Positions 44,935-54,759 of a DNA stretch of 64,000 nt are shown one piece after another. The position numbers were made by a program, and so were the translations under genes. Within the stretch, counting starts at the first letter, position 1. Each line of letters opens with the position of its first letter. Origin of the DNA: a virus (taxonomy: Duplodnaviria; Caudoviricetes); the IMG/VR virus record IMGVR_UViG_3300033068_000427, positions 1 through 64,000 of that record. One strand, written 5' to 3'. The notes under the pieces are model-generated. The model made no database searches, was not told the DNA's origin, and was given only the letters and a program-made list of their open reading frames with translations.

Positions 44935-45200
44935 TGTCCAACACCATCACTGAACAGCAACTCTTCAACCGCATCGTCACCCTGCGCACTGAGATTGAAA
45001 CTCTCACCCTTGACCTGAAGCAACTGAAAGCAGATGCAACCTACCACAAGGATCATAATCCTGGCGGTATCGACAAAGCCGATGTAAAGGTGATTGATAA
45101 AGCTGCACAGCTCGAAGTGAAAGCTAAGTTCCACGACTTCAGTGAAGAAAGTAGTGCAGTGGTTAAGAAGTATCAAGAGCTTTCCGGTAACGCTGAATAA
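44934..45200 (+). CDS. Hypothetical helical protein
   Basis: Coupled ORF. Confidence 0.65.
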   Translation: MSNTITEQQLFNRIVTLRTEIETLTLDLKQLKADATYHKDHNPGGIDKADVKVIDKAAQLEVKAKFHDFSEESSAVVKKYQELSGNAE

Positions 45201-45227
45201 CAGACACTAACTGAGCGAGTAAGACTA

Positions 45228-45431
45228 ATGCAACCACATCAACAACGAGTGATCTCTGAAAGAGATGAGCTTAGCGATAAAGTCTCTAAGTTGACCAGCT
45301 TTATTGATCCTAGCAACAAGGTTTATGCGAGTCTTGATAAACAAGATCAGCATCTTCTGGAAGACCAGCTAACACATATGTGCGACTATCTTGAAGTTTT
45401 GGAGAAACGAATTCTACGTTTTAATGATTAA
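45228..45431 (+). CDS. crAss001_48-like small helical protein
   Basis: MQPHQQRVISERDELSDKVSKLTSF...LLEDQL.HM.DYL.VL.KRI..F pattern. Confidence 0.65.
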   Translation: MQPHQQRVISERDELSDKVSKLTSFIDPSNKVYASLDKQDQHLLEDQLTHMCDYLEVLEKRILRFND

Positions 45432-45513
45432 AGCCTAGTAGCGCATTTTATAGCCCTGCACTCTTACGGGTAATCCTGTCGGATGTGTGGGGCTTTCTTT
45501 TGGGAGGAATTAA

Positions 45514-46482
45514 GTGGAAGTGAATTTGAAAAACAAATCTCACATTGCTTTAGTAGATTTCGACACGCCAATCGTATCCAGTGCTGCAAGCATTCAACGA
45601 AACTACATCACTGTCACTCACACTGCCTCTGGCAGAAAGAAAGAATACGACAACATCACAGCATTCCGTGCTTGGCTTAAAGACAACGAGAAGTGGACAG
45701 AAGATCAATTCACTTGGGAATGTACGCCGAAGCTTGTTGAGCCAGTGGGCCACGCAATTCAAATTATGAAGAACAAGGTGGAGAGCATTCTTGCACAACA
45801 TTGGTGCAAAGATGTTAAACTCTTTGTTGGTGGTAAGGGGAATTTCCGTAGAGATATCTACCCTGAATACAAAGCAAACCGAGCAGCTAAACCACTTGCT
45901 TTCAAAGATGTGTACGAGTACGCTGTAAAGAAGTGGTCTGACAAGATTGTAGTCTGCGACGGATATGAAGCAGAAGACCACGCTGCAGCAGAAGCTTACG
46001 AAGCCTATCTTAAATGCATAGAAGCTAAGGATAAGGCAGCAGGCGGTAAGGTGTTGTGCTTTGTTGATAAAGACCTTCTTATGGTACCCACGGTAAGCTT
46101 CAACTACAACAAGCCAGAAGAGGGGGTGAAGTGGCAAGATGCGTTGTCTGGTTATAAGTGCTTTGCTAAGCAGATGCTTATTGGTGACAGGTCTACAGAC
46201 AACATCCGTGGCGTTGAAGTGGTTACACCTGAGATGAAGGATGCGTTTGGGGTCAAGACTAAGAGCATTGGCGATGCTAGTGCTAAGAAGATTCTCGAAG
46301 GACTAGAAACAGAGAAGGATATTCTTGATCGACTTGTGCAAGTGTACAAGATGGCTTACAAGGATGAGTGGAAGAGAATGATGGACTTCACCGGAAAGCT
46401 TGTGTGGATCACTCGCCACTACAAACAACCGTTTGATATCAACTACGAGCTTGAGCGTGTGGGAGTGGTGGTGAATGACTGA
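45514..46482 (+). CDS. 5'-3' exonuclease (T7 gp6/T5 D15-like)
   Basis: LVDFD, NFRRDIYPEYKANR, GYEAED, DKDL, GDRSTDNIRG. Confidence 0.9.
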   Translation: MEVNLKNKSHIALVDFDTPIVSSAASIQRNYITVTHTASGRKKEYDNITAFRAWLKDNEKWTEDQFTWECTPKLVEPVGHAIQIMKNKVESILAQHWCKDVKLFVGGKGNFRRDIYPEYKANRAAKPLAFKDVYEYAVKKWSDKIVVCDGYEAEDHAAAEAYEAYLKCIEAKDKAAGGKVLCFVDKDLLMVPTVSFNYNKPEEGVKWQDALSGYKCFAKQMLIGDRSTDNIRGVEVVTPEMKDAFGVKTKSIGDASAKKILEGLETEKDILDRLVQVYKMAYKDEWKRMMDFTGKLVWITRHYKQPFDINYELERVGVVVND

Positions 46483-47059
46483 GGTTGTAGAAAAAGATAA
46501 GATTGATATTCTGGTTGAAAAGTACCCCCACATCTGGAAGACTCGCGCTGCTGTGTTGAGCTGGCTTCGTGGAGGTATTCGTCGTTCACTGTGGAACCGT
46601 TCCCCACAGAAACTTGAGTTCATCAAGAAGAATAGAATCCGTATCCCTAACCCAAATCCGAATGGCAAGGCGAAGGAAATATGGGGAGGTGTGTGTGGAC
46701 TAACAGGAGAAGTGCTGCCTTTGAACCAGCTTGATGTGGATCATAAGGTTGGTAACAACAGCCTGCTCTCCCTAGAAGATGTCCGTCCATTCATTGAGGC
46801 AATTGCCCTTGTGACAGAGGATGACCTTATGCTGGTTGGTAAAGACGCACACAAAGCTAAGTCTCACAGTGAAAGGAAGGGCATCTCTTTCGAGGAAGCT
46901 CTGGTTGAGAAGAAGGTGATTGCTATGGAAAAGGACAAATCTCTTGTTCCCTTCCTTATTGGAAATGGGTATACTGATGACGTAATCGGAAAGAACGCTA
47001 AGCAGCGAAGGCAACAGGCCATTGAAGTACTAATGAGCAAAGGAGAAAGCATTGAATGA
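46475..47059 (+). CDS. Putative endonuclease (HNH-like)
   Basis: LSWLRGGIRRSLW...LDVDHKVG...HKAKSH. Confidence 0.55.
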   Translation: MTEVVEKDKIDILVEKYPHIWKTRAAVLSWLRGGIRRSLWNRSPQKLEFIKKNRIRIPNPNPNGKAKEIWGGVCGLTGEVLPLNQLDVDHKVGNNSLLSLEDVRPFIEAIALVTEDDLMLVGKDAHKAKSHSERKGISFEEALVEKKVIAMEKDKSLVPFLIGNGYTDDVIGKNAKQRRQQAIEVLMSKGESIE

Positions 47060-47190
47060 GATTGAATGGGGTGCTGCCCTAAAACAGCAGAACGACAAGA
47101 TGATGGCTTGTGCTGTCATCTTCCTACAACAGCTAACCCTCCTACAAATCCCACATCTTGCCGCTAATGTCCTAATTTGGAGCAATTGCA

Positions 47191-47403
47191 TTGTCTAGAC
47201 AAAGGAAAGCTAAGCGTCCGAAAGTGGAGCTTGATTACTGGCGATGTGCGTATTGCGCTGCTATTACACGAAGGTTTGTTAAAGAGCATAACCTCATTTC
47301 TCTTGAGGAGATCGGTGGAATTCCGAGAGAAGATATGAACAAGCTAGTCGCTGAGCTTATTGAGCGAGTCGGTTATGCAGATCAATTTGAGTTGGTAGAA
47401 TAA
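47191..47403 (+). CDS. Hypothetical protein
   Basis: Co-oriented ORF. Confidence 0.55.
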   Translation: MSRQRKAKRPKVELDYWRCAYCAAITRRFVKEHNLISLEEIGGIPREDMNKLVAELIERVGYADQFELVE

Positions 47404-47415
47404 GGAGAAGTAAGT

Positions 47416-48351
47416 TTGAATTGGAAACTAGAAGCACTTGAAAAAGCAAAGCAAGGCGTAAGCTGGCGCAAGATTGCCAAAGAGCTTGGTGTACCTAAAT
47501 CGACTTGCAGTGATTGGTTGCGTAAGCACCTCAAGGATCACATCAAGAGCGATGGAGCCAAAGTAATTGAACCTACCGACCATATCAACGGGCCTAAGAT
47601 TCTGTTTATTGACGTTGAAACAAGTCCCATAATTTCTCACGTCTGGGGTCTTTGGAATAACAACGTAGGCTTGAATCAGATTGAAGCAGACTGGCACCTC
47701 CTATCCTTCTGTGCAAAGTGGGCGCACTCGGAAGATGTAATCTATTCTGACCAACGAGATCAAGAAGACATTGAGGATGACTACTCCCTTGTCCTTAAGA
47801 TTTGGCACCTGCTGAACGAAGCTGATTGGGTTGTTGGGCACAATGCAAAATCTTTCGATGTTAAGAAGGTCAATGCCCGACTTGTGCTGAATGGTTTGCC
47901 TAAACCAAGCCCTTTCAAGGTGGTTGACACTCTTGAGATTGCCAAGCGTAACTTCAAGTTTACCAGCAACCGCCTTCAGTATCTTGCCGATAACTTGTGT
48001 GAGACTAAGAAATTGGATCATTCCAAGTTCCCCGGTCACACTCTGTGGACGGAGTGTATGAAGGGTAATAAAGAAGCGTGGGATGAGATGAAAGCTTACA
48101 ACATTGCCGACGTACTCTCATTGGAAGAGCTTTTCTACATCCTAGCATCTTGGGACAACAGTCTTCCAAGTGAAGATGTTTATGTAAACGATATCCTCGA
48201 TATGTCTCAGTGGGAAAAGTTGGGCTTCCATTACACTGCATTGGGTAAATACCAAGTGTATCGGAACAAACTCACTGGCCAGCAAAAGCGTAGTCGTGTT
48301 AACCTTCTGTCCAAAGAAAAGCGAGACAGCTTGCTAGTTAATGTAAAATAG
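47416..48351 (+). CDS. DEDD 3'-5' exonuclease (RNase H-like) with N-terminal HTH
   Basis: WRKIAKELGVPKSTC; ILFIDVET, VGHNAKSFD, VVDTL, YNIADV. Confidence 0.85.
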   Translation: MNWKLEALEKAKQGVSWRKIAKELGVPKSTCSDWLRKHLKDHIKSDGAKVIEPTDHINGPKILFIDVETSPIISHVWGLWNNNVGLNQIEADWHLLSFCAKWAHSEDVIYSDQRDQEDIEDDYSLVLKIWHLLNEADWVVGHNAKSFDVKKVNARLVLNGLPKPSPFKVVDTLEIAKRNFKFTSNRLQYLADNLCETKKLDHSKFPGHTLWTECMKGNKEAWDEMKAYNIADVLSLEELFYILASWDNSLPSEDVYVNDILDMSQWEKLGFHYTALGKYQVYRNKLTGQQKRSRVNLLSKEKRDSLLVNVK

Positions 48352-48456
48352 TGCGTGAACCAGATCACCATTAGAAAATAGCAGACTCGCGGCGCTTTGT
48401 AACAAGCCGAAAGTGAGTCTGCTAGTCTGACTGAACCAAGTAGAAGAGGCTGTAAA

Positions 48457-49173
48457 GTGTCTGTTGAGAGCAATTTTGAAAATTCGGATGCGTTGTCCTA
48501 TCTGAAAACCCTCCCTGATAAGTCTGTAAATCTTGTTCTCACAGACCCTCCTTATGCCATCTCGCGGGCTACCGGATTTGCTTCTGGTGAGGTGAAGGGT
48601 AACGATACCGATAGGTTTAGGGTGAGTTATGAGTTTGGTGACTGGGACACGGTTGATCTCTCTTATTTTAAAGATGTGTTCACGGAAGCGTTCCGAGTAA
48701 TGAGCGGTGGCGCAACTCTTATTGTGTTCTACGACCAATGGAAGGTGCAGGAGCTAAAAGAGCTGCTTGAGAAGAGCGGGTTTAGGATGTTCCGAATGAT
48801 CGAATGGGTGAAGACCAATCCTGTCCCAATCAACAGCAAATCACTTTACCTTTCAAACTCAAAAGAGTATGCTTTGGTGTGCGTGAAAGGGGGTAAGCCG
48901 GTATTTAATTCCTCCTACCACAAGGGGGTTTTTGAATACCCGATCTACCACGCAAAAGATCGTTGGCATTCCACACAAAAGAGCTTGCCTTTGTTTGAAG
49001 AGTTGATTAAGATACACACCAACGAAAAGCAAGTTGTTCTTGATATGTTCTCAGGCTCAGCAACAACACAAGTAGCTGCAAAGAAGCTAAACAGAAAGTG
49101 GCTGGGTTGTGAACTTAACGAAGAATTTTATCTGAAATGTAAACAGAGGATTGAAGATGCAAAACCGTATTAA
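48457..49173 (+). CDS. DNA N4-C/N6-A methyltransferase (beta class), second copy
   Basis: LVLTDPPY, HSTQKS, VLDMFSGSATT, WLGCEL. Confidence 0.92.
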   Translation: MSVESNFENSDALSYLKTLPDKSVNLVLTDPPYAISRATGFASGEVKGNDTDRFRVSYEFGDWDTVDLSYFKDVFTEAFRVMSGGATLIVFYDQWKVQELKELLEKSGFRMFRMIEWVKTNPVPINSKSLYLSNSKEYALVCVKGGKPVFNSSYHKGVFEYPIYHAKDRWHSTQKSLPLFEELIKIHTNEKQVVLDMFSGSATTQVAAKKLNRKWLGCELNEEFYLKCKQRIEDAKPY

Positions 49174-49561
49174 AGCCACAATGAAATCTCTTGTTGCGCT
49201 TGGTCTTGATCTCGAAAGCGGCAAGTCTGGTGAAATAAATATGTGTGCCCTTGAGGTTGCTACAAACACACGTCACGTTTCTAACGGCTCTCGCATCATT
49301 CGTGATGATGTTGCCCCATTCTCTTTCTTCAAAATTGAACGAAAGTATTGCGGAACCAGTCTTCAAGCTGTACAATTCCACGGCTACCGCGATGTAGAGT
49401 TTGAGTTTTACGAAACCAGCAATAAGATTGAGTCTGTAAAAGACAAGATCAAGTCGCTAAAGAAGAAGCTGAAACAGCTTGAACAAGAACAAGAGTTTCT
49501 GCTAAACTGCGACAGCGGTAACAAGATTTACGGCAAAGAAGATTTGGAATCTTACATCTGA
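49151..49561 (+). CDS. Hypothetical protein
   Basis: Coupled ORF, coiled-coil end. Confidence 0.6.
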   Translation: MKMQNRIKATMKSLVALGLDLESGKSGEINMCALEVATNTRHVSNGSRIIRDDVAPFSFFKIERKYCGTSLQAVQFHGYRDVEFEFYETSNKIESVKDKIKSLKKKLKQLEQEQEFLLNCDSGNKIYGKEDLESYI

Positions 49562-49571
49562 GGATTAAGAG

Positions 49572-50054
49572 ATGAGTAACGAAACACTGGTTGTTAAGAA
49601 AGTACCATTCGATGTTCTTGAAGTGGGTTGTAAGTATGAGAGTCGTTGTGGTGAGATTTGGGAGGTAATTGGAGTCACGGAAGAGGGGACTTATCCTTTT
49701 TCGGCAAGATCGGGGAATAGAGAAGCTTGGTTTGCAAAGAATGGCCGGTATACTGTTGTTGAGGGCAGAGAGAGTAGTGACGACCTAATCTTTAAGCTAG
49801 TGGAAAGTGATGGATCGGATGACCAATCAGTAGACGCAATCAATCCGTCCCACTACAAGCACAACGGGATTGAAACCATTGACTATATGAAGGCTGTGTC
49901 TACAGAAGAAGAGTTTAAAGGGCACCTTCGACTCACAGCCATTAAGTATATTAGTCGTCTTGGTAAGAAAGATTGCCCTAAGCAAGAGATTAAGAAAGCC
50001 ATTTGGTATCTGAACAAACTCCTAGAAGAATATGAGGCTGAAAATAATGAATAA
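49572..50054 (+). CDS. Modular protein with C-terminal DUF3310-like domain
   Basis: AINPSHY...IETID...AIKYISRLGKK...KKAIWYL. Confidence 0.75.
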   Translation: MSNETLVVKKVPFDVLEVGCKYESRCGEIWEVIGVTEEGTYPFSARSGNREAWFAKNGRYTVVEGRESSDDLIFKLVESDGSDDQSVDAINPSHYKHNGIETIDYMKAVSTEEEFKGHLRLTAIKYISRLGKKDCPKQEIKKAIWYLNKLLEEYEAENNE

Positions 50055-50274
50055 AATTACCCTGATTTCAGAGTCAACTGAATACTTCGATCCGATTGAC
50101 AAGTGTACTTACCCTGCAAAGAAAGTTGTAGTTGAGTTTGATACTGAGAATCTTGTTTGGACAGACGCACTTCGAGAGTTTCTTGGATTTCTGAATTGCT
50201 CTGGGTACATTATCAATCCGCTCAAGCAGCAAGAAATTGCTAACACTGCTTTTGAAATCCACCGAGAAGGTTAA
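50047..50274 (+). CDS. Hypothetical protein
   Basis: Coupled ORF. Confidence 0.6.
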   Translation: MNKITLISESTEYFDPIDKCTYPAKKVVVEFDTENLVWTDALREFLGFLNCSGYIINPLKQQEIANTAFEIHREG

Positions 50275-50284
50275 GGTGAAACAA

Positions 50285-50830
50285 ATGAATAAAGTACCAT
50301 TTGATATTCTTGAGGTTGGTTGTAAGTACGAGAGTCGTTGCGGGGAGATTTGGGAGGTCACAGGTATTAGTGACGACCAAGGCCCTTTAACGCACAATGC
50401 TAATAATCTTGATGACGAGGATGTGTCTTCTATTTTCACCAAAACTGGTAAGTTTTGGAGTTCAAGTTCACTTTCTAGCCACCACGACCTAGTCTTTAAG
50501 GTAGCAGAAAATAAAAAGACTCGTCACAAAGTAAAACACTCTGTTGACGTTGGCGCACCAATTGCGGCAGCCAAGTGGATTTGTGAAAACAATCCGTATA
50601 TGAAAGCTCAAGGTAAGTCTGTAAATGATATGCTAAAAAGCATTCACGACAGTGTTCGTTGGCTACTAGAAGATATTGAACGGGTATCTACAGGCACTGC
50701 TGGTTATGTGGTGAGGCGTTCTTGGGAAGATGAGGATTATTGCGTGATTGAAATCACTGTTGACCCTTGCGCCGGCAACCACGCCTACTACGCAGATGTT
50801 GAAGACTACTTGAACCAAACCGGAGTGTAA
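50285..50830 (+). CDS. Modular hypothetical protein sharing N-terminus with 49572 ORF
   Basis: KVPFDILEVGCKYESRCGEIWEV. Confidence 0.7.
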   Translation: MNKVPFDILEVGCKYESRCGEIWEVTGISDDQGPLTHNANNLDDEDVSSIFTKTGKFWSSSSLSSHHDLVFKVAENKKTRHKVKHSVDVGAPIAAAKWICENNPYMKAQGKSVNDMLKSIHDSVRWLLEDIERVSTGTAGYVVRRSWEDEDYCVIEITVDPCAGNHAYYADVEDYLNQTGV

Positions 50831-50833
50831 TCA

Positions 50834-51754
50834 GTGCTTAACGAAGCAAACGTATATTTCGGTGAACGCGGTTATGTGCAACTCGTCAAGGACGTTCTAG
50901 AGAAAGGGGTCAGCATCCCTGATCGAACAGGTGTGGGTAGCAAGGCGCTGTTCGGGGCCACCGTTATCTACAATAAACTAGAGAACGGACTTACCGACTT
51001 CGCTCTATCCACATCCCGTTCTTGTCCTCTACGTCTAGCATTCGAAGAAATTATGTTCTTCCTTCGTGGGAAAACAGATACCAAGAAGCTGGAAGAAAAA
51101 GGTGTATTCTTCTGGAAGGGTAACACCACACGAGAGTTTCTGGATAACCGGAATATGAAGTGGTGCGCTGAGGGTGACCTTGGGGCCGCTTACAGCTCGC
51201 AGTGGCGACGAGCTGGGGAATTCTCTGGTGTCCCTCCTGAAGCCTGTGTTGACCAATTGGCTAAGCTCTTGGAAACCCTAAAGTACGACAAATATTCTCG
51301 ACGGATGGTTGTTGACCTGTGGAACCCTGTCGAAGAATACGCGATGCCAATCACTCCTTGCTGGGCTTGGAGTCAGTGGATTGTAATCCCAGGGGAGGAC
51401 GGTAAAGACTACCTGCACCTTAGCTTGGTGAATCGTAGCTTGGATGCTCTGTTTGGTTATCCATACAGTGTACAACAATACCGTCTTCTGCAATATATGC
51501 TGTGCAAGATGTTTGGATTTGAGATGGGGCAGGTGCGGGTGTGTCTCTCACATATCCACCTCTATAACAGCCAGCTAGAATATGCTACTGAGTTTGTTGA
51601 ACGGGATTTTGGTGTACAAGGGCAAGTGGAAATGAATAAAGAGATTAAGTCTCTAGAAGACTTGCTTTCTGTAGAATGGAATGATATTGTTGTCTCGGGT
51701 TTGGAGGTGAATAAGTCTCCATTTAAAGCAAAGAAACCACCAATGGCTGTATAA
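50834..51754 (+). CDS. thyA: Thymidylate synthase (divergent)
   Basis: DRTGVG, LAFEEIMFFLRG, LGAAYSSQWR, SRRMVV..WNP, PC, RSLD, HLY; followed by DHFR. Confidence 0.88.
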   Translation: MLNEANVYFGERGYVQLVKDVLEKGVSIPDRTGVGSKALFGATVIYNKLENGLTDFALSTSRSCPLRLAFEEIMFFLRGKTDTKKLEEKGVFFWKGNTTREFLDNRNMKWCAEGDLGAAYSSQWRRAGEFSGVPPEACVDQLAKLLETLKYDKYSRRMVVDLWNPVEEYAMPITPCWAWSQWIVIPGEDGKDYLHLSLVNRSLDALFGYPYSVQQYRLLQYMLCKMFGFEMGQVRVCLSHIHLYNSQLEYATEFVERDFGVQGQVEMNKEIKSLEDLLSVEWNDIVVSGLEVNKSPFKAKKPPMAV

Positions 51755-51764
51755 GGATGGATAA

Positions 51765-52193
51765 TTGATTAGTGCAATTGTTTCAGTGGATAACAATTGG
51801 GCTATTGGGGCGGATAATAATCTTGTTGTCCGCAACCCAATAGACTTACTCTGGTTCAAGGGCTTCACTTATGGGAAAACCCTACTATGTGGCTACAACA
51901 CATACCAATCACTCCCTAAGCTGAAAGGGCGTAATGTTGTTCTAGACGATAGGTATGAAGAAAGTATTCAGCTAATTCGTCACAACAACCTTGTAGTGAT
52001 AGGTGGAGCTAAGACGTACCAAAAATATGCTTACTTGGTTGGTGAGCTTTTCATCACAATCAATGACACTGAGGCTGAGAAAGTCGATTGCTACTTCCCT
52101 CACCGTCACTACGAACACTTGTCCACTCACGAGCTGATTCATAAAGGTGAGTGGGAAGGTATGAAATACAGGATTGAGAAATGGGCAGCGTAG
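51765..52193 (+). CDS. Dihydrofolate reductase
   Basis: ISAIVSV...AIG.DN.L, DLLWFK..T, CGYNTYQSL, VIGGAKTY. Confidence 0.88.
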   Translation: MISAIVSVDNNWAIGADNNLVVRNPIDLLWFKGFTYGKTLLCGYNTYQSLPKLKGRNVVLDDRYEESIQLIRHNNLVVIGGAKTYQKYAYLVGELFITINDTEAEKVDCYFPHRHYEHLSTHELIHKGEWEGMKYRIEKWAA

Positions 52194-52384
52194 ATAATAA
52201 AGACGAATACAAAGAGCAACGTAAGGAGCATGGGTTTCAGCCTGTGCGACTTTTTGATGGGCTATCCCATACCAGATATGATAACAAGACGGACTACAAT
52301 AACGCAGTAAGTAAAGATGAGTTGTGGTACTCTGAACCCTTTATTAGAGATCGTAAGCTGGTTCTAGCTAAGCCCTTCCTGTGA
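52181..52384 (+). CDS. Hypothetical protein
   Basis: Coupled ORF. Confidence 0.5.
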   Translation: MGSVDNKDEYKEQRKEHGFQPVRLFDGLSHTRYDNKTDYNNAVSKDELWYSEPFIRDRKLVLAKPFL

Positions 52385-52431
52385 AGGATAAAGACTCCTC
52401 ACGAAAAGATTAATGTTCTAGACAACTGTAA

Positions 52432-52959
52432 TTGAAGTCTGATATAATATTGTCTCTGTTTTATTCCAAGGAAATTGAAGTGTCTAAAGAAGATGTGAAG
52501 CGTTTTAATGTGATTGCTGGTAATGCTCCGTCCCAAGGTGATCTATGGGAATGCTGGAAGCAGCTCAAGCATCAGATGGATTTGGTGTACGAAGAAGCAC
52601 TAGAAGGTAAGGAGGCATCCTCCTCTGAGGATATGCTTGAACTGATTGATGCATGGGCAGATGTGTGGTACACAAACACATACCTTGGTCAACTGCTTGA
52701 AGCCTTCGGTGTAAATACTAAGGCTGTAATTGAAGAAGTGTGCAAGAACAACAATCAGAAGTTTACCACTAGCTACACTTACGCTTCTGAGAGTAAAGAA
52801 GCTCTTGAAGAGAAAGGTGTGCGGTGTTATATTGAACAAACTGTGTACCAAGGCGCTACATACTACACAGTGTGTCGTTCTGAAGATCGGAAAGTAATGA
52901 AGCTGAAACACCACGAAAGTCCTGAGCTTTCTAAATTTCTACCGAAGGAGTTTGCATAA
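52432..52959 (+). CDS. MazG-like NTP pyrophosphohydrolase
   Basis: VYEEALE...ELIDAWADVWYT...EEVCKNNNQK. Confidence 0.75.
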   Translation: MKSDIILSLFYSKEIEVSKEDVKRFNVIAGNAPSQGDLWECWKQLKHQMDLVYEEALEGKEASSSEDMLELIDAWADVWYTNTYLGQLLEAFGVNTKAVIEEVCKNNNQKFTTSYTYASESKEALEEKGVRCYIEQTVYQGATYYTVCRSEDRKVMKLKHHESPELSKFLPKEFA

Positions 52960-53195
52960 TGACCAGCTATGATGTTCGTAAAAACAGCTCTGCGGATATT
53001 ACCGATATAGTGTTTTCTGAAGAGTACGGAAGGGAAAATCAAGATATTGCTAACCACATCGTGAAGTCCGATGACTACAACAACTGTGTTGAGGTACGAG
53101 ACTGCGGAGACTTTGTTATTATTGAATCTGCAGAACAGGCTCGAAATCTTCAGAAAGCCCTAGATAAGGCAATTGAACTTGGTTGGTTGAAATGA
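52959..53195 (+). CDS. Hypothetical protein
   Basis: Coupled ORF. Confidence 0.6.
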   Translation: MTSYDVRKNSSADITDIVFSEEYGRENQDIANHIVKSDDYNNCVEVRDCGDFVIIESAEQARNLQKALDKAIELGWLK

Positions 53196-53414
53196 AGACT
53201 ACCTCTGTTAACAATCGTGAACAAAACGCTGAGAAGACTGCAACTAGTGAAAGCAAAGACCTTACCGGAGTGTCAGGAACACTGCATCTGCTGGGGTCAT
53301 CTGCTAATAATGCTAAGCGCCTTGAGTCTTCTATTGCCCAACTCAAGCTAGGTAACGTCCTTACCAAAGAGCTGCCGATGAGTTAGTAATCCGGCATAGT
53401 TTGCTGAAATAACC

Positions 53415-53434
53415 GAAGGGGCGAAAGCCCCTTC
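53415..53434 (+). terminator. GC hairpin (terminator-like)
   Basis: GAAGGGGC-GAAA-GCCCCTTC. Confidence 0.5.
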
Positions 53435-53464
53435 CCTCCCACAAAGAACAACAAAGGAAGTAAA

Positions 53465-53878
53465 ATGAGTGCATTCGTATACAAACAAATCTCATCCTAT
53501 GATCTACTCCAAGTAAAAGAATATAAAGACCTACTTCTTGAAGATAACCAAGAAGAACTGAAGAAAGTGTTGTACGATCTTGGCCTTGATGTGTATCACG
53601 AAGAGTTTGAAATCATTTCCCGAGATCATCGTCCCCTAAGTAAGAAAGACAACATCCCTTGGTTCGGCCCCATCTTCATCTCGGCAGAACGACAAGACAA
53701 AGAGTGGCTTGAATCGGGTTACGCAAGTGAAGAAGCTCTTGTAGAATCCAAAGGAGATGTTAGCCTCATTGTAGAACTAAACAAGATTGGACGACAGAGT
53801 AATTTCACCGGCAGTATCATTGAGAACGCTAAGCGTCACAAGAAAGTAATCCAAAAAGAGTGGAAGGAAAGTAAGTAA
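53465..53878 (+). CDS. Hypothetical protein
   Basis: 137-aa ORF coupled to nrdA. Confidence 0.7.
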   Translation: MSAFVYKQISSYDLLQVKEYKDLLLEDNQEELKKVLYDLGLDVYHEEFEIISRDHRPLSKKDNIPWFGPIFISAERQDKEWLESGYASEEALVESKGDVSLIVELNKIGRQSNFTGSIIENAKRHKKVIQKEWKESK

Positions 53879-54759
53879 TGAAAGAAGTTTTTGTGACCAA
53901 GCGTGATGGCAGTAAAGAACTACTAGACATTAACAAGATTCACAAGGTGGTGCAGTGGGCTTGTGAGGGCGTCGAAGGCGTTTCTACATCGGAAGTTGAA
54001 AGTCAAGCTAAGCTGAAGTTTTTCAATGGAATGAAGACTAATGATCTCCACGAAGCACTGGTGAACGCTGCACACGAACTTATCAGCGAGTACGCCTACA
54101 ACTACGACATAGTTGCTGGTCGTCTGGCAATGTATGATGTTCGCAAGAAGGTGTATGGTAAGTTTGAGCCAAACCACATCACAGATATTGTGCGTACCAA
54201 TGTGCAACAAGGCTGGTACGATCCTGAGATTGAGTCACTGTATACCCCCGAGCAATGGAATCAGCTTAACGACTACATTAAGCACGAACGAGACTTCGAC
54301 TTCCGCATTGCTGGCGTAAAAGAGTGGCGCTCTAAGTATCTTGTGAAGAATCGTAAGACAGGGGAATACAAAGAGAGTCCGCAAGTCGCCTACATGCTTG
54401 TTGCTGCTGTGCTTATGCACAAATACGTCAAGGATGAGGGGATAAAGATTGTACTCGACTACTACGATGCAATCTCTACGGGAGATATTACCCTTCCCTC
54501 TCCTGTACTTGCTGGTGTACGAACGCCTACTCGCCAGTTTGCAAGTTGTACTGTTGTTGAGTGCGGAGATAGTCTCAACAGCATCACTGCCACTGTAGAT
54601 GCGCTGGTTAAGTACGCCAGCCGTAAAGCAGGGCTTGGTGTTGGGGTTTACAATCTTCGTGCAGAGAAGCAGAAGGTGAAGGGTGGTGCAGTAACAACCA
54701 CAGGGCCTATTCCTTTCACACAGTTGATGCAGTCTGCTGTACTGAGCTGTAGTCAGGGT
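53878..54759 (+). CDS. nrdA: Ribonucleotide reductase alpha subunit, exon 1
   Basis: ATP cone VTKRDG; ESPQ, LPSPVLAG, QFASC, ...CSQG. Confidence 0.95.
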
